Source of the DNA: Mobula hypostoma
Taxonomy: Eukaryota
Assembly: GCF_963921235.1 (NCBI RefSeq)
Contig: NC_086118.1
Span: 26,414,001 to 26,478,000 of the forward strand
DNA: 64,000 nt
Reading direction: 5' to 3'
In this document: piece by piece, positions 1-12,109 of the stretch
Layout: each line of letters starts with the position of its first letter
Numbering within the stretch: position 1 is the first letter of the stretch
Position numbers and translations under genes: made by a program
Notes under the pieces: model-generated
Told to the model about the DNA's origin: nothing
Seen by the model: only the letters and a program-made list of their open reading frames with translations
Database searches by the model: none

Positions 1-239
1 TTCTCCCTTCTGGTGCACTCTTCAGCCGTTTAGAACTGAAGCAAGCTGTTTCCTGACTTTGAGCATTCTTTTATCTCATCCTTCAGCCACAAGGCTTGAT
101 CTTTCAGCTTAGCTTCTGACCAAAAATCAACTCACTCTTCAAATGCTTAGGGAGGCATTGCTATGATTAGAGAGAATTTGCTGTTCAAAGTGATGGTCCT
201 AATTTTACAAAGCTTTTAAAAGCCACTTTAATTCTATTA

Positions 240-660
240 GTCAGGTTGGGGCCAAGGGCAAGAGAAACTCAAAATTTTTCTGTAATTTGAAGAATTCAGG
301 AGTATATTGTTTGGCACTAACTAGTAACCTAAAGCTATGAGCTTAAAAATTCAATGAATGCAAGTTTAGATATCAACAGGTCAAAACAAAAATTTGAATT
401 CAGTTTTAAAACATTTCTGGAACTGCTTTAGTGCAAGAGGCCACAAATCTACCTGTCATAAGAAACCTAACTGGTTCACTAATTTCTCTAAGAGGAAAAA
501 TACTTTCCTTACCAGCTTTTGCCAACATGCAACTCCAGTCTCTCATTGACAACAGGTCACTTTTAAGTATTCATTAAATTTGATTATGAGTCCTTCATTG
601 ATCTCAAACACTTTGACAACTAAAAATGGGCCAAGATGCTTTGACCTCCACCAGTCATTA
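240..660 (+). mobile_element. Ancient Deu-domain SINE (SacSINE/AmnSINE-like) remnant
   Basis: aaacctaactggttcactaat...ccttaccagc...actccag resembles the Deu-SINE central domain as recalled; strongly diverged. Confidence 0.4.
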
Positions 661-1192
661 GTAATTACTTTAATATTGTCAATTTACTGAGACAAAATTA
701 GAAACTTTATTTTGCTGGCCATCCAGATAATTTCAAAATCCAAGTACATGATAGTACAAGGGAAAAGCAGTAACATAATGCAGAATATAGTGCTACAGTT
801 ACAGAGATACCCACATCCCTGTCAATTCTTGGCTTTCAGTACATATTTTGACTTTAATAAGAATTTCTTTAAAATCCACTGGTCCCATTCAGCATGCAAA
901 AGGTGCAGTCACTAAAATTCAAAAGATGTAGTCATTCTGTTTTTCATTCAAAAACTGCATGGAAGTGGGCTGGAAAGAGGGAGGAAAATGTCAAGGACTT
1001 GAACAGATTTTGGACATTTAGTTAAGAATTTATTATTCCACATGGGTTATGACCAAAGAAAAGAAGATGGCTGGAGTTACTAAGCACTGTCATGCAGGAG
1101 TGTTTATTCGGTGTATCAAATAATCAAATTTACAAAAATTTCAACCAGAAAATTCGACAAAAGCTCTGTACTTGGTCCAGTATGATCATGAT

Positions 1193-1365
1193 ATCTCTCT
1201 CTCTCTCTCTCATGGAAAGCACTAGAGAACCAACCCATTATAAGAATATATTGGGGGTAAGTCTTTGAAGTGTGCACACTCAGCACAATGACAGCAGAAC
1301 AGCAAGGGTGTGAGTGTGAGTGAGTGTGTGTGTGTGGGGGGGGGGAGAGAGAGAGAGAGAGAGAG

Positions 1366-1404
<39 letters not shown>

Positions 1405-1420
1405 ATATGTGTATGTGTAC
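1193..1420. repeat. Microsatellites: (TC)n and compound (TG)n-(G)n-(GA)n-(GT)n
   Basis: Seen directly at 1193-1211 and about 1308-1420. Confidence 0.95.
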
Positions 1421-1844
1421 ACAGAATGCACTTACTGAGTGCCCTCTATCACAAATTTGGAGGGAAACTCTGCGCATGGGATTACTTCAGCTGAGGCCCT
1501 GTTCCTGACAAAGTGGAAGAGAAAAGAAACATACTCCTAACTAAATGTCAGAAGACGAAATTGTTTTTATGGAATGGCAAATATTGCACTGGTAGAAGTC
1601 AGCAAGGGGAATAATCTTAAAAGCAACATGCTGAAGGACTGAATATTTAAGGATGTCAGCAAGAAACAGTTAGTGGAAAGTTGAGGATGCTGGACTTACA
1701 ACATGGTTGAACTTAAATACCCAACAGAGGGATATTAGTGAAAGGAAGGCAGAATCAGATTCCACAGAAATTTTCAAAGGGCATTTGGATATGTTTTGGG
1801 GTGAGAAATAATTTGCAGAGTTTATGGTAAAAGCTGGGTGGTGG

Positions 1845-2175
1845 GTTGGAGATATGTCTCTACCAAAGGAGGTATAAAGCGCTCCTTCCCTCCGCTAGCC
1901 TAGAGATCAACCAAGAGCAAGGTGTAGCCATGGGAGAAGTGGTGGATGGTCGTATGAGCAGCTGGTTCATATCACATGTTGGTTATGCAACCACTGAGGT
2001 CAGGCAGATAATCTCTGAGGAGTATTGATAATGGCTGGGGTCACCCGTCTTTTAAAGACACTGCCCAGAAGGCGGCAATGGCAAACCACTTCAGCAGAAA
2101 AATTTGCCAAGAACAACAATGGTCATAGGCCATGATCACCCATGTCATACAACACGGCACATAATATTGATGAAG
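1845..2175 (+). mobile_element. RTE-related SINE-like repeat, copy 1
   Basis: Homologous to the reverse complement of 31355-31735. Contains GGCAATGGCAAACCACT (RTE/Bov-A-like motif) and ends GCCATGATCACCCA...GGCACAT with a (GAT/GAA)n-type tail. Confidence 0.6.
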
Positions 2176-2519
2176 AAAATGTAAAAGCAGGGGTGTGAGA
2201 CTAAAACAGGAAGCTTTATAAGAATCAGGATAAACACAACAGGTTGAATGTCCCCTTCAGTATTAAATTCTGTGACACTAACTGGCCAATTAGTTAACCT
2301 GTCTGAAGCTTCTAAACACAATATGACGCCAAGAAAGCATTAACTGTTCAACAAAATTCTACTTTTCTAAACCTGCTTCTCACACTCACACTGCTTTGAA
2401 TATGGCAACAGAGTTGTATTTCTTGTACCTGCAGCAAACATTGAAATGCAGCATTACTTTTATCCCAGAAATTTAGATCTGGCTGCTATTTCAGTTCAGC
2501 CTGTCGCACGTCAAATTGT

Positions 2520-2818
2520 TGGGTGAACGATTTCGTTTTTGTTGTACTGCAGATCATGGTTTCCCTTGGGGGCTTTGCTATTGCTTGCTTGGTGGGTGGT
2601 GGCTGCTGGCTGCTGATGCTTTTTGCTGAAATAAGTGGGGGAGGATTGATGCTTGTGCGTGGGACGGATGAGTAGGGGATTTTGCGGTTCCAACATCTTT
2701 ACTGTCACTCATTCTTTGGGGTACTTTTCAGTTCTTGCTGATGTCTGCGAGGAGCAAGAATTTCAGGTTGTATATTGTACACAGTCTTTGATATTAAATG
2801 GAACTATTCAACTACTGA
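2520..2818 (+). mobile_element. Non-coding retroposon 3' end with (GAACTATT)n tail, interrupted by the Penelope insertion
   Basis: Ends ATTAAATG GAACTATT CAACTACT GA; the tail resumes at 5931 (ACTGAACTATTAAACTAC). Confidence 0.55.
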
Positions 2819-2820
2819 GC

Positions 2821-5538
2821 TATTCCCTTCCACACCTTCGGGACACTTTCTTCGCCGTCTGTAATGGTCCTACCCGCTATTTCATCCTCCGTCGGATCCA
2901 CGCCTGCAATCGCCGTTTCTTTGACTTTGTCATGTTAGGCAAAGATCGCAAGATCTTACATCTACGGACTCCAGAGCCTGCCGGCCCCGACGCTAGCAGG
3001 CATGAACTTTTGGTTGCGGCCCCTGCCGTTGATCTCGGTGGCTCCAACACCTCAGGACATATTCAAAACCCGGACTCCAGCAACGACCATGGAGACATTC
3101 AAAGCGATCGCGCAACCACCAACTGCGACTCCAGCCTTGAACTCCAGGCCGGGTCTTTATGTGCTGCTGTTGTGACTCCCGTCTCCCCTTCCCCCACCAC
3201 CACTCCGCAGCCCCGTCTTCCTCAGATCCCACCGTCAACTCCTGGGCCCTCAGAGGCTCCATCTTCCTCCCACCCCAACCCTCCCCTCTCCATTGACACC
3301 CCCAGCCTCCCCCCTCCCCCCTCTGATCCCAGCTCTCATCCGTGCCGGGTCTTTACCATCCCCTCCGACCTTCAACTGTCGGAGGCAGAACGCTCTGTTC
3401 TCAGTAAGGGCCTCACGTTTGTCCCACTTCGCCCACACCTCAGCGAGTTCCGTGTTCGCCATGATGCGGAACTTTTCTTCCGCCGTCTCCGTCTCCGAGC
3501 CTACTTCTTCGGCAAGGACTCTTCCACCCCCACCGATGACCCCTTCTCCCGTCTTCAACCCTCCTCTTCTTCATGGACACCCCACTCTGGTCTTCTGCCT
3601 GCTCTGGATCTCTTTATTGCTAACTGCCGACGGGACATCAACCGTCTCGACTTCACCGCACCTTGTCCCCATTCCAACCTCACTCCTTCGGAACGCTCTG
3701 CTCTCCACTCCCTCCGCACTAATCCTAACATTATTATTAAACCCGCTGATAAAGGGGGTGCTGTTGTAGTCTGGCGTACTGACCTCTACCTTGCCGAGGC
3801 ACAGCGACAACTCGCGGATACCTCCTCTTATTTACCCCTCGATCGTGACCCCACTAAGGAGCACCAGGCCATTGTCTCCCACACTATCAATGACTTTATC
3901 TGCTCAGGGGATCTCCCATCCACTGCTACCAACCTTATAGTTCCCACACCCCGCACTTCCCGTTTCTACCTCCTACCCAAGATCCACAAACCTGCCTGTC
4001 CTGGCCGACCTATTGTCTCAGCTTGCTCCTGCCCCACCGAACTCGTTTCTGCATACCTCGACACTGTTTAATCACCCCTTGTTCAATCCCTTCCGACCTA
4101 TGTTCGTGACACTTCTCACGCTCTTAAACTTTTCGATGATTTTAAGTTCCCTGGCCCCCACCGCTTTATTTTCACCATGAATGTCCAGTCCCTATATACT
4201 TCCATCCCCCATCAGGAAGGTCTCAAAGCTCTACGCTTCTTTTTGGATTCCAGACCTAATCAGTTCCCCTCTACCACCACTCTGCTCCGTCTAGCAGAAT
4301 TAGTCCTTACTCTTAATAATTTCTCCTTTTGCTCCTCCCATTTCCTCTAAACTAAAGGTGTAGCTATGGGCACCCGTATGGGTCCGAGCTATGCCTGCCT
4401 TTTTGTTGGGTTTGTGGAACAATCTATGTTCCGTGCCTATTCTGGTATCTGTCCCCCACTTTTCCTTCGCTACATCGACGACTGCATTGGCGCTGCTTCC
4501 TGCACGCATGCAGAACTCGTTGACTTTATTAACTTTGCCTCCAACTTTCACCCTGCCCTCAAGTTTACCTGGTCCATTTCCGACACCTCCCTCCCCTTTC
4601 TAGATCTTTCTGTCTCTGTCTCTGGAGACAGCTTATCCACTGATGTCTACTATAAGCCTACTGACTCTCACAGCTATCTGGACTATTCCTCTTCTCACCC
4701 TGTCTCTTGCAAAAACGCCATCCCCTTCTCGCAATTCCTCCGTCTCCGCCGCATCTGCTCTCAGGATGAGGCTTTTCATTCTAGGACGAGGGAGATGTCT
4801 TCATTTTTTAAAGAAAGGGGCTTCCCTTCCTCCACTATCAACTCTGCTCTTAAACGCATCTCCCCCATTTCACGTACATCTGCTCTCACTCCATCCTCCC
4901 ACCACCCCACTAGGAATAGGGTTCCCCTGGTCCTCACCTACCACCCCACCAGCCTCCGGGTCCAACATATTATTCTCCGTAACTTCCGCCACCTCCAACG
5001 GGATCCCACCACTAAGCATATCTTTCCCTCCCCCCCTCTCTCTGCATTCCGCAGGGATCGCTCCCTACACAACTCCCTTGTCCATTCGTCCCCCCCATCC
5101 CTCCCCACTGATCTCCTTCCTGGCACTTATCCGTGTAAGCGGAACAAGTGCTACACATGCCCTTACACTTCCTCCCTTACCACCATTCAGGGCCCCAAAC
5201 AGTCCTTCCAGGTGAGGCATCACTTCACCTGTGAGTCGACTGGGGTGATATACTGCGTCCGGTGCTCCCGATGTGGCCTTTTATATATTGGTGAGACCCG
5301 ACGCAGACTGGGAGACCGCTTTGCTGAACATCTACGCTCTGTCCGCCAGAGAAAGCAGGATCTCCCAGTGGCCACACATTTTAATTCCACATCCCATTCC
5401 CATTCTGACATGTCTATCCACGGCCTCCTCTACTGTAAAGATGAAGCCACACTCAGGTTGGAGGAACAACACCTTATATTCCGTATGGGTAGCCTCCAAC
5501 CTGATGGCATGAACATTGACTTCTCTAACTTCCGCTAG
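2821..5538 (+). pseudogene. PLE RT-endonuclease ORF, one frame with two premature TAA stops
   Basis: Track ORFs 2653..4071 and 4366..5538 are in the same frame, with TAA at 4069-4071 and 4348-4350. The segment between reads SPLVQSLPTYVRDTSHAL...FTMNVQSLYTSIP, with motif A Asp replaced by Asn at 4180-4182. Confidence 0.92.
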
Positions 5539-5832
5539 GCCCCACCTCCCCCTCGTACCCCATCTGTTACTCTTTTTTATGCACACATTCTTTCTCTCAC
5601 TCTCCTTTTTCTCCCTCTGTCCCTCTGAATATACCTCTTGCCCATCCTCTGGGTCACCCCCCCCCCCGTCTTTCTTCCCGGACCTCCTGTCCCATGATCC
5701 TCTCGTATCCCCTTCTGCCTATCACCTGTCCAGCTCTCGGCTCCATCCCTCCCCCTCCTGTCTTCTCCTATCATTTTGCATCTCCCCCTCCCCCTCCAGC
5801 TTTCAAATCCCTTACTCACTCTTCCTTCAGTT

Positions 5833-5868
5833 AGTCCTGACGAAGGGTCTCGGCCTGAAACGTCGACT
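5833..5868 (+). ncRNA. Minimal type I hammerhead ribozyme in the PLE terminal repeat
   Basis: AGTC CTGACGA AGG GTCTCGG CCT GAAA CG TC GACT: stem I AGTC/GACT, CUGANGA core, stem II AGG/CCT, GAAA, vestigial palindromic stem III (ACGT), GUC cleavage triplet ending at 5864. Confidence 0.85.
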
Positions 5869-6661
5869 GCGCCTCTTCCTATAGATGATGCCTGGCCTGC
5901 TGCGTTCACCAGCAACTTTGATGTGTGTTGACTGAACTATTAAACTACTTTTTGTTCGGAGAATGAGAAATGAAGTGGAATATATATGCATACATGAAGA
6001 ATACATGTGTAGAAACAGCCGGCACCCTGGTAGACAGCTTTGACTTGATGCCAAAGTGCACACAAGTATTAGAATTAGAAGATAAAAAAAGCTTTGTGTT
6101 CCAAAGAGTCACAAGAGACTGATAGAGGAGCTTCCATTGAGTGAAATTCAAAACTCGTCAACCATGAATTCAGACAAAAAAAAGCCTTCTTCCGTCAAGA
6201 TCCAGCAATGAAACTGCCCCAATAACATGTGCCTCTGTAGAGCTGGATTCTGGAGTCTCCGCCAGACCTCCAGGGTGGTCCACCCATTCCACATGAAGTA
6301 AAAATCAGCAGATTCAAATCTCCCAGGCTCAGACAGCCATTACCAGAAACTCAACCATTGTTTTTAGGGATTGTGATGGAATCTGCAAGATGGGATCCTG
6401 CTTAATTAGGTTTCTAATCAAGATGGCATTTATAATATTTAATTCTTCTGATAAGTTACACTAACTGCAGTTGATGAGAAGGAAAGGCATTGAGTCAATA
6501 AAATCAGAAGAACCATAGTACTATTTTTTTGAAATTCATCAGGATCCACAAACCTGAAACTGAAGTCAATACTAAAGCTTCAGTGCACACTGCACACTGC
6601 CAGCTCCATGTGTTTGACCCAATTTTCCAGGTCTGGAAATAGCCAACCATCTCAAGATTAA

Positions 6662-6681
6662 ACACACACACAGACAGACAG

Positions 6682-6724
<43 letters not shown>
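6662..6724. repeat. (AC)n microsatellite with ACAG interruptions
   Basis: Seen directly. Confidence 0.95.
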
Positions 6725-6726
<2 letters not shown>

Positions 6727-9329
6727 GTAGTAAATTTGCTTTAAACTGCAAACTCTTGCAGATGAAGAGGTATTGATGCACCACACTGTGAGGTTAAGAG
6801 TTCAATATTGTGCTTCAGTTTATAATTACTCACAACAGCCAACTTCAATATATTAAGCTGAAAAATTTATTGCCTTGCTCATTAGAAGATCTTGGTCGTT
6901 GTTGAAAATTTCCATTTTCTGCTTCACTACTTCTTTTATGTCATGCTACTCGGTTATTGTGCATATTATTATGTCAACATGAGTAAGGGAACGAAAAAAC
7001 CTCCGATGGAAGAAAAGGGAGAATGCTTACTAACCATTTCATGTATTCATTAAACTTGTCTGTCAGTATTACTATCCCTCAAATTAAAGATAAAATGCTC
7101 TTTTCTATTCAACCTGAACAAGGAAACCTCAAGCCTATTCAAACAGCGAGCAGTAAAACCCACCTTACATCATGAGGATACCTCCCAATCCACCTTGAGT
7201 TTAGCCATTCTGAAACGTTGCTGCTTCGTCTTTGCTCTATTGATAACTTACTGCTTGAAGGAGGTCATTTGAGCAATTGTGCCGGTGCTAGTTCATTGAA
7301 AGAGCAGCTCTGATTAATTTCACAGCCCTTGTTTTTGCTTATAATTTCCCAAACTTCTCACTACTCTAAGCATCAGTTACAAAATCAGCATCCAACACTC
7401 TATATCCTCAAAAACTCAAGTTTAATTTATCTGCTCTATCAATCCTTCTCCTCACTTTGAAAACATGTAATGAATCATGTCCTAGCCTTGCTTTTAAAAA
7501 TTATCCAAACTTTTTTCAATTTCATCACAAAAGTCCCTCATCCCAGGTAAAATGCGACTTAATCTCTCCATAATTTTTTTTCCACCTTTCTAAGGTTAGA
7601 ATGGTCTACGATGTTCTGCCAGCTTGTCTTAAAAATACTTCATTTTTTTGTATGCAAGTTGATATCATAGTACATGCTCACAAGCACTGACAATCATAAT
7701 AGAATTTACGGAAATGTGCTATGCACACAAAGTACCTAGTTCCAGCTAGCAACTGCATAAAGAGCACAAAAACTCATGCTAAGCAACAGGATTTCAAGGC
7801 CTCTATGTTTTTCCTGGTGCAGTTCCTAGAATTGTCCATAATGCCCCTCCTGAAATCTAACTAGTGATTCATAAGTGCTAGCATGATCACATTGTTTTCT
7901 TATTCAATGCCTCTATTTATAAACTGAAGAAAGCCATGTGTTTGTTTTGTCTAACTTTCCACACACCCTGTAAATTATAAATGGATTCTGACTTTCACTG
8001 ATGACAAATTTAGTGTAAGTATCCAGAGTGAGGATATTATGGTTTTTGACCAATACGTTAAACTGCTAATTAAGGCAGATTGAATATTTGCAAAATAAAG
8101 GGTCAGTTGATAATCTTGTTACGCAAGACCCATTAGGAAAGAATAAATAACATGATTGAATTTTCCATTGGAAAATAAAGTGAAGCACTTCAGTCTGAAA
8201 CTAGAATCCTTAATCCTAACCAAATAAACTATGAAGGAATCAGAACCGAGTTCACCATGTTTTATTGGGTAGTTTTATTAAAAAGCACAATAGTGGCTAA
8301 CACTTAAGAAACAAATGGCAACCAAAAAGCCGTATCTCCAGGTCTACTGTGGGCTTTGGTTGTTGTTGGACTGTTTCTGGCAGTGCACACAGATTTAACA
8401 ATCCAACTATCTATTATTGATTATCTATGATCAATTATGTGCAGCTGTAGTGCCAAGTTCTGTCAATTGAAACAGAACATGTCTACATATGAATTTTTAA
8501 CGCAGTGAATATTGCAAGCTTATCACAGCTGTGTTACCTGATAAAGTTTAATACTGAGCCACATAATAAGATATGCAATCAAATGATTGATAGAATTGAC
8601 CTCATTGACTGAACGAAGAATCACATTAAAGAAGAAGACAACAACAGAAAGGCAGAGGCACAAATTTCTCGAGCTTCAGACACTGGCAACAAGGGAAGAA
8701 GTATTATCAACGGTGACTCTCTGGGGCTAAACAACGATCGGAAAAGGAGGAATGCAGTATTACAAAGGACAGCAGTGTTTCAAGATATTATGGAGACAAG
8801 GTGGTAGGTGAAAGGCTGTTGAACAATTCTCATATTGACCCCACAAGTACTTTCAATTTAAGATCAAATAAATTCCAAGACAATAGCCCTCCCCTTTGAC
8901 AATCTATCAAGAGAATCTTTATAGGTTATGATGTGTTCTGGAATATTCTGAAATACAAGTCCTACTTCTTTTGATTTTGACAAACATTATTGTTAGCCAC
9001 CAGTGAAATGATACGAGAGATTAGCCTATTCCTTCAACCACAACAAATACTTGAACAAATCATCAATTTAAGCTAGTTTAATTCAATCATTTTGAGCTCC
9101 TACTCCAGACAATTCTCATCAATGATGCTGCTCATTTGCATCAATTCATAGAGCTTATGCAAATAGGCAAGAGCAGAGTCTTAGTCAGGACTCCACTGGG
9201 ATAGAAACTGGTGCAATGCCCAGCAACAAACAAAATCCCAGCAATTATTAGATGTTTCAGGCAGCACACACAGCAGAATCATCAACCTAATATCACTGAG
9301 TTAATTTTTCCACATCCTAGACCATTTGT

Positions 9330-9580
9330 CTTTCTCCTTCCACAGATGTTGCCTAGCCTACTGACTATTTCCAGTATATTGTGTTTTTATTTCAGATTTT
9401 CAGCATCTGCAACGTTTTTGATTTTTTAGCTACTGTTGAATTCAAGGCCAATATTCTTCTAGCAATGTTACACTTAAAATCTTCTCCTCTCGCCCTCTAA
9501 CACGGGCATAAAACATTAACTCTATTTCACTTTCAACAGATGCTGCCTAACATGCTGAGAATTTCTAGCATTTTCTGCTG
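9330..9580 (+). mobile_element. Two old PLE terminal-repeat remnants
   Basis: cagatgttgcctagcctactgactatttccag...cagcatctgca and cagatgctgcctaacatgctgagaatttctagcatttt resemble 5883-5930 and 55285-55352. Confidence 0.55.
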
Positions 9581-10344
9581 ATACCCAAACTCTACCTCAT
9601 TTCCACCCCTCCCCCAAACCATGAATCAGCTGGAAAATCTAGAATTGCTGTTTTAATGTGCCTATTTGAGTAAGCTATTTGATTCTTCCTTAACTCTTAC
9701 ACTGAGCCATTCCCTTTATTAATATTATGAATACTGTGTATAGCCCAAGCAATCCAACAGCTGCCCACTTCTTCATCAGTTAACAACAGCAGCCGACAAG
9801 CATAAGTATTACAAGATCTGAAATTGAAGTTTACAGGATAATCTTCTATAATGGTTTTTTCCATGTGAAATATTTATATTAAGGTGCTCCAAACACACTT
9901 GCACATGACTACCAAGGAGGCAAACAAGATTCTTTCACTGCCATGCATGAAGAGAAAATGAAAAGTTACTGCTCAATTCGCATGAAAGTGTTGATATTTT
10001 TCTTCCAACTGTGAAATTAAAACTGTAATTGGTTTATGCTGTATTATAAAGAGGCCCTCAAAGTGGTTACAAGTCTTGCAATTCCTTCACTCAAAAGTAA
10101 ATAAAACTTTTTTAAAGAAATGTATTGACATCTGTCCAGGTAGTTAAAGCATGTTGAACACAATTTTGAGTACAAAGGGTCAAAAGTTCATTTTATTGTC
10201 AACGTATGCATGTACAATACAACTCTGATATTTGTCTTCTCCAGATAGCCATGAAATACAGAATGTCCATAGGTATGGATGAAATCAATCCCTCCCCCCA
10301 CCCCCTCAGCACAAAAAAAAGAAAAGAAACAAAACTGGCAGGTG

Positions 10345-10590
10345 CCAAAATCCCTCAGCCCCTCTCCCGCAGAAACAAACAGCAACAATAACAATCTGAC
10401 TCCCTCACTCACAGGAAATATACAGTGACAGTAACAGTCCCCAATATCCAACTGCAAAAAAACCCAGCAACAATAATAGTCCCCAACCCCCTCACTTGCA
10501 GAAAAAAGTGACAATAACAATCCCTGACCCCTTGTCTCACAGAAACAGCGACAATAACAATTCCTGACCTTCTCACTCGCAGAGATACAA
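10345..10590. repeat. Degenerate ~40-bp minisatellite (about 6 units) inside a minus-strand retroposon beginning near 10187
   Basis: Repeating unit approximately acaataacaatccctgaccccctcactcgcagaaaaaagcg. Confidence 0.75.
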
Positions 10591-11089
10591 ACTGAGTACA
10601 ACACAATATGAGTACAATATAATACAAGTTTTTATATAATGTTTGAAATAATTTTTACTGAAGCAGAATGTGGAGCAGTCTTTCTGTTGACTAATGGATA
10701 CCATCACCATAAGCTACATTCCCCACTCCCAAACAGTGTTAGAGTTGTGCACAGCATTCAAGGGAGAGATAATGAGAGTTCAAACCAAGTGCAATTCCAG
10801 AAGAAACAAAAGGAGGGATTCTCACATCCAGACCACCCTGCACATTGGAGTATAGGACACAAAGAGAAACTAAAAACATTGCGTATCGAATACTGCAAAC
10901 AACCTGTTTTTCGTAGGTACAGGGATTCAAAACGAAAAAGTAAAAAGAAATCAGATGGGATGCTATTTAAACCTCAGGGAAAGCCTACAACTATCCCCAC
11001 ACAGTGGTTATTTAAGCTACTTCTGCTAGCACTTAAAAAATTCTGGAGGGGTGGGGCAATAAAACTGAATTGAGTTTGGAAAAGAGGAT

Positions 11090-11990
11090 AGCAAAGGAAG
11101 TAAGTAGGGCCTGTTTGAGGCCAAAATAGTAACTTCTGCAGGTGGTAAAGAAGACATACTTACCATTCTGAATGAATATTTGGTGTCTGACTTTGTCGAA
11201 AAGGGGGTTGATACATACACCGAGAAGGAAGAACTTTAAGTGTAGGTTTATGATAAACAGAGGAGAGATAATACCGGTGACTGTAGCATCATTCAAAGGG
11301 AGTATGTTGCGGTATCCAGAATCTTAAAAATCATTGGAACAAATGCCAGATGCTCTGATCATCACAGTCCAATCTGCCTGGGCTACCATGGGGACTGAAA
11401 GATTGCTAAATGCAGTGGTATTGTTTTAAAAAGGGAGCAAAGGATAGACTGAATGTCAGTCAGCCAAATGCTGATGGCAGGAAAATTACTGGAAAAAAAA
11501 CCCAAAGGGACTGTGCAAGTCAACATCAATCAAGTTCAGTAGGCAGAGATTTGTAAAGGGCTTGTCATGTCTGACTAGCCATTTAATTTGCTGAAGAGGT
11601 AATGAAGAGGTTTGATCAGGGCACAGCATTTTATGCAGTCTATATAAATTTAAGCACACTAGCCAAAGTTCCAAAGATTGGGCTTTCACTTTGAGGAATA
11701 ATTTAAGGGATCCTGAAAAAAATAACAAGCTGGTTTCAAGTGTGGCTCTGCAAAGAAAGCAAACAGAATGACTGATGAGCATTTCAATGGCTGAAAAACT
11801 TTATGAAGTTGAGTTCCACGAGACCCAGAACTTTGTCCTTTGAGATATAAAACCAAACATTGCAAATATGGTAGTCACAATATTGAAATTGAGTGGATGG
11901 ACGATGGTGAGAACATTCAACGGATGGGGCAGAAACGTAGCAATGGAATTAATTGTGGAAATATGCAAGAAGGCACACTGAGGGAGGCAA
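11090..11990 (+). mobile_element. Old, highly decayed CR1 LINE ORF2 fragments
   Basis: ILNEYLVS at about 11165, LF(K)KGSK near 11420, GLSCLT near 11560, and KWQM-like residues near 11920-11960. Confidence 0.55.
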
Positions 11991-12109
11991 CTGAGGCAAA
12001 GGCACAGACAGAGGAACAGAATGATCCTGGACACAAAGACAAAGCCAGTAAATTGACAAACTTGTCTTTATTGGCCATGGAGCAGAATAGAAGAGTGCTA
12101 GTTCTATAT

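Larger units (their letters stand above)
2819..5930 (+). mobile_element. Penelope-like retroelement (PLE; RT + GIY-YIG, probably Neptune-like), 5'-truncated
   Basis: IKPADKG, FYLLPKIHK..PGRPIV, MGTRMGPSYA, RYIDD (4468-4482), linker CKRNKCYTC, VIYCVRCSRCGLLYIGET GIY-YIG. Followed by a pyrimidine-rich 3' region and terminal repeat. ACTGA direct repeat at 2814-2818 and 5931-5935. Confidence 0.95.

Noticed and set aside
2653..2820. N-terminus of the 472-aa ORF as part of the PLE protein
   Set aside because: It lies upstream of the ACTGA duplication, in an unrelated retroposon, so it is chance read-through.
4069..4350. In-frame stops in the PLE ORF as selenocysteine recoding, as in some Naiad elements
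   Set aside because: Both stops are TAA, not TGA, and sit at positions consistent with ordinary point mutations.
10345..10590. CRISPR-like array
   Set aside because: The units are degenerate tandem copies without unique spacers, there are no cas genes, and the context is eukaryotic.
10639..11073. 144-aa ORF
   Set aside because: No recognisable domain or splice structure, and it lies among decayed repeats.
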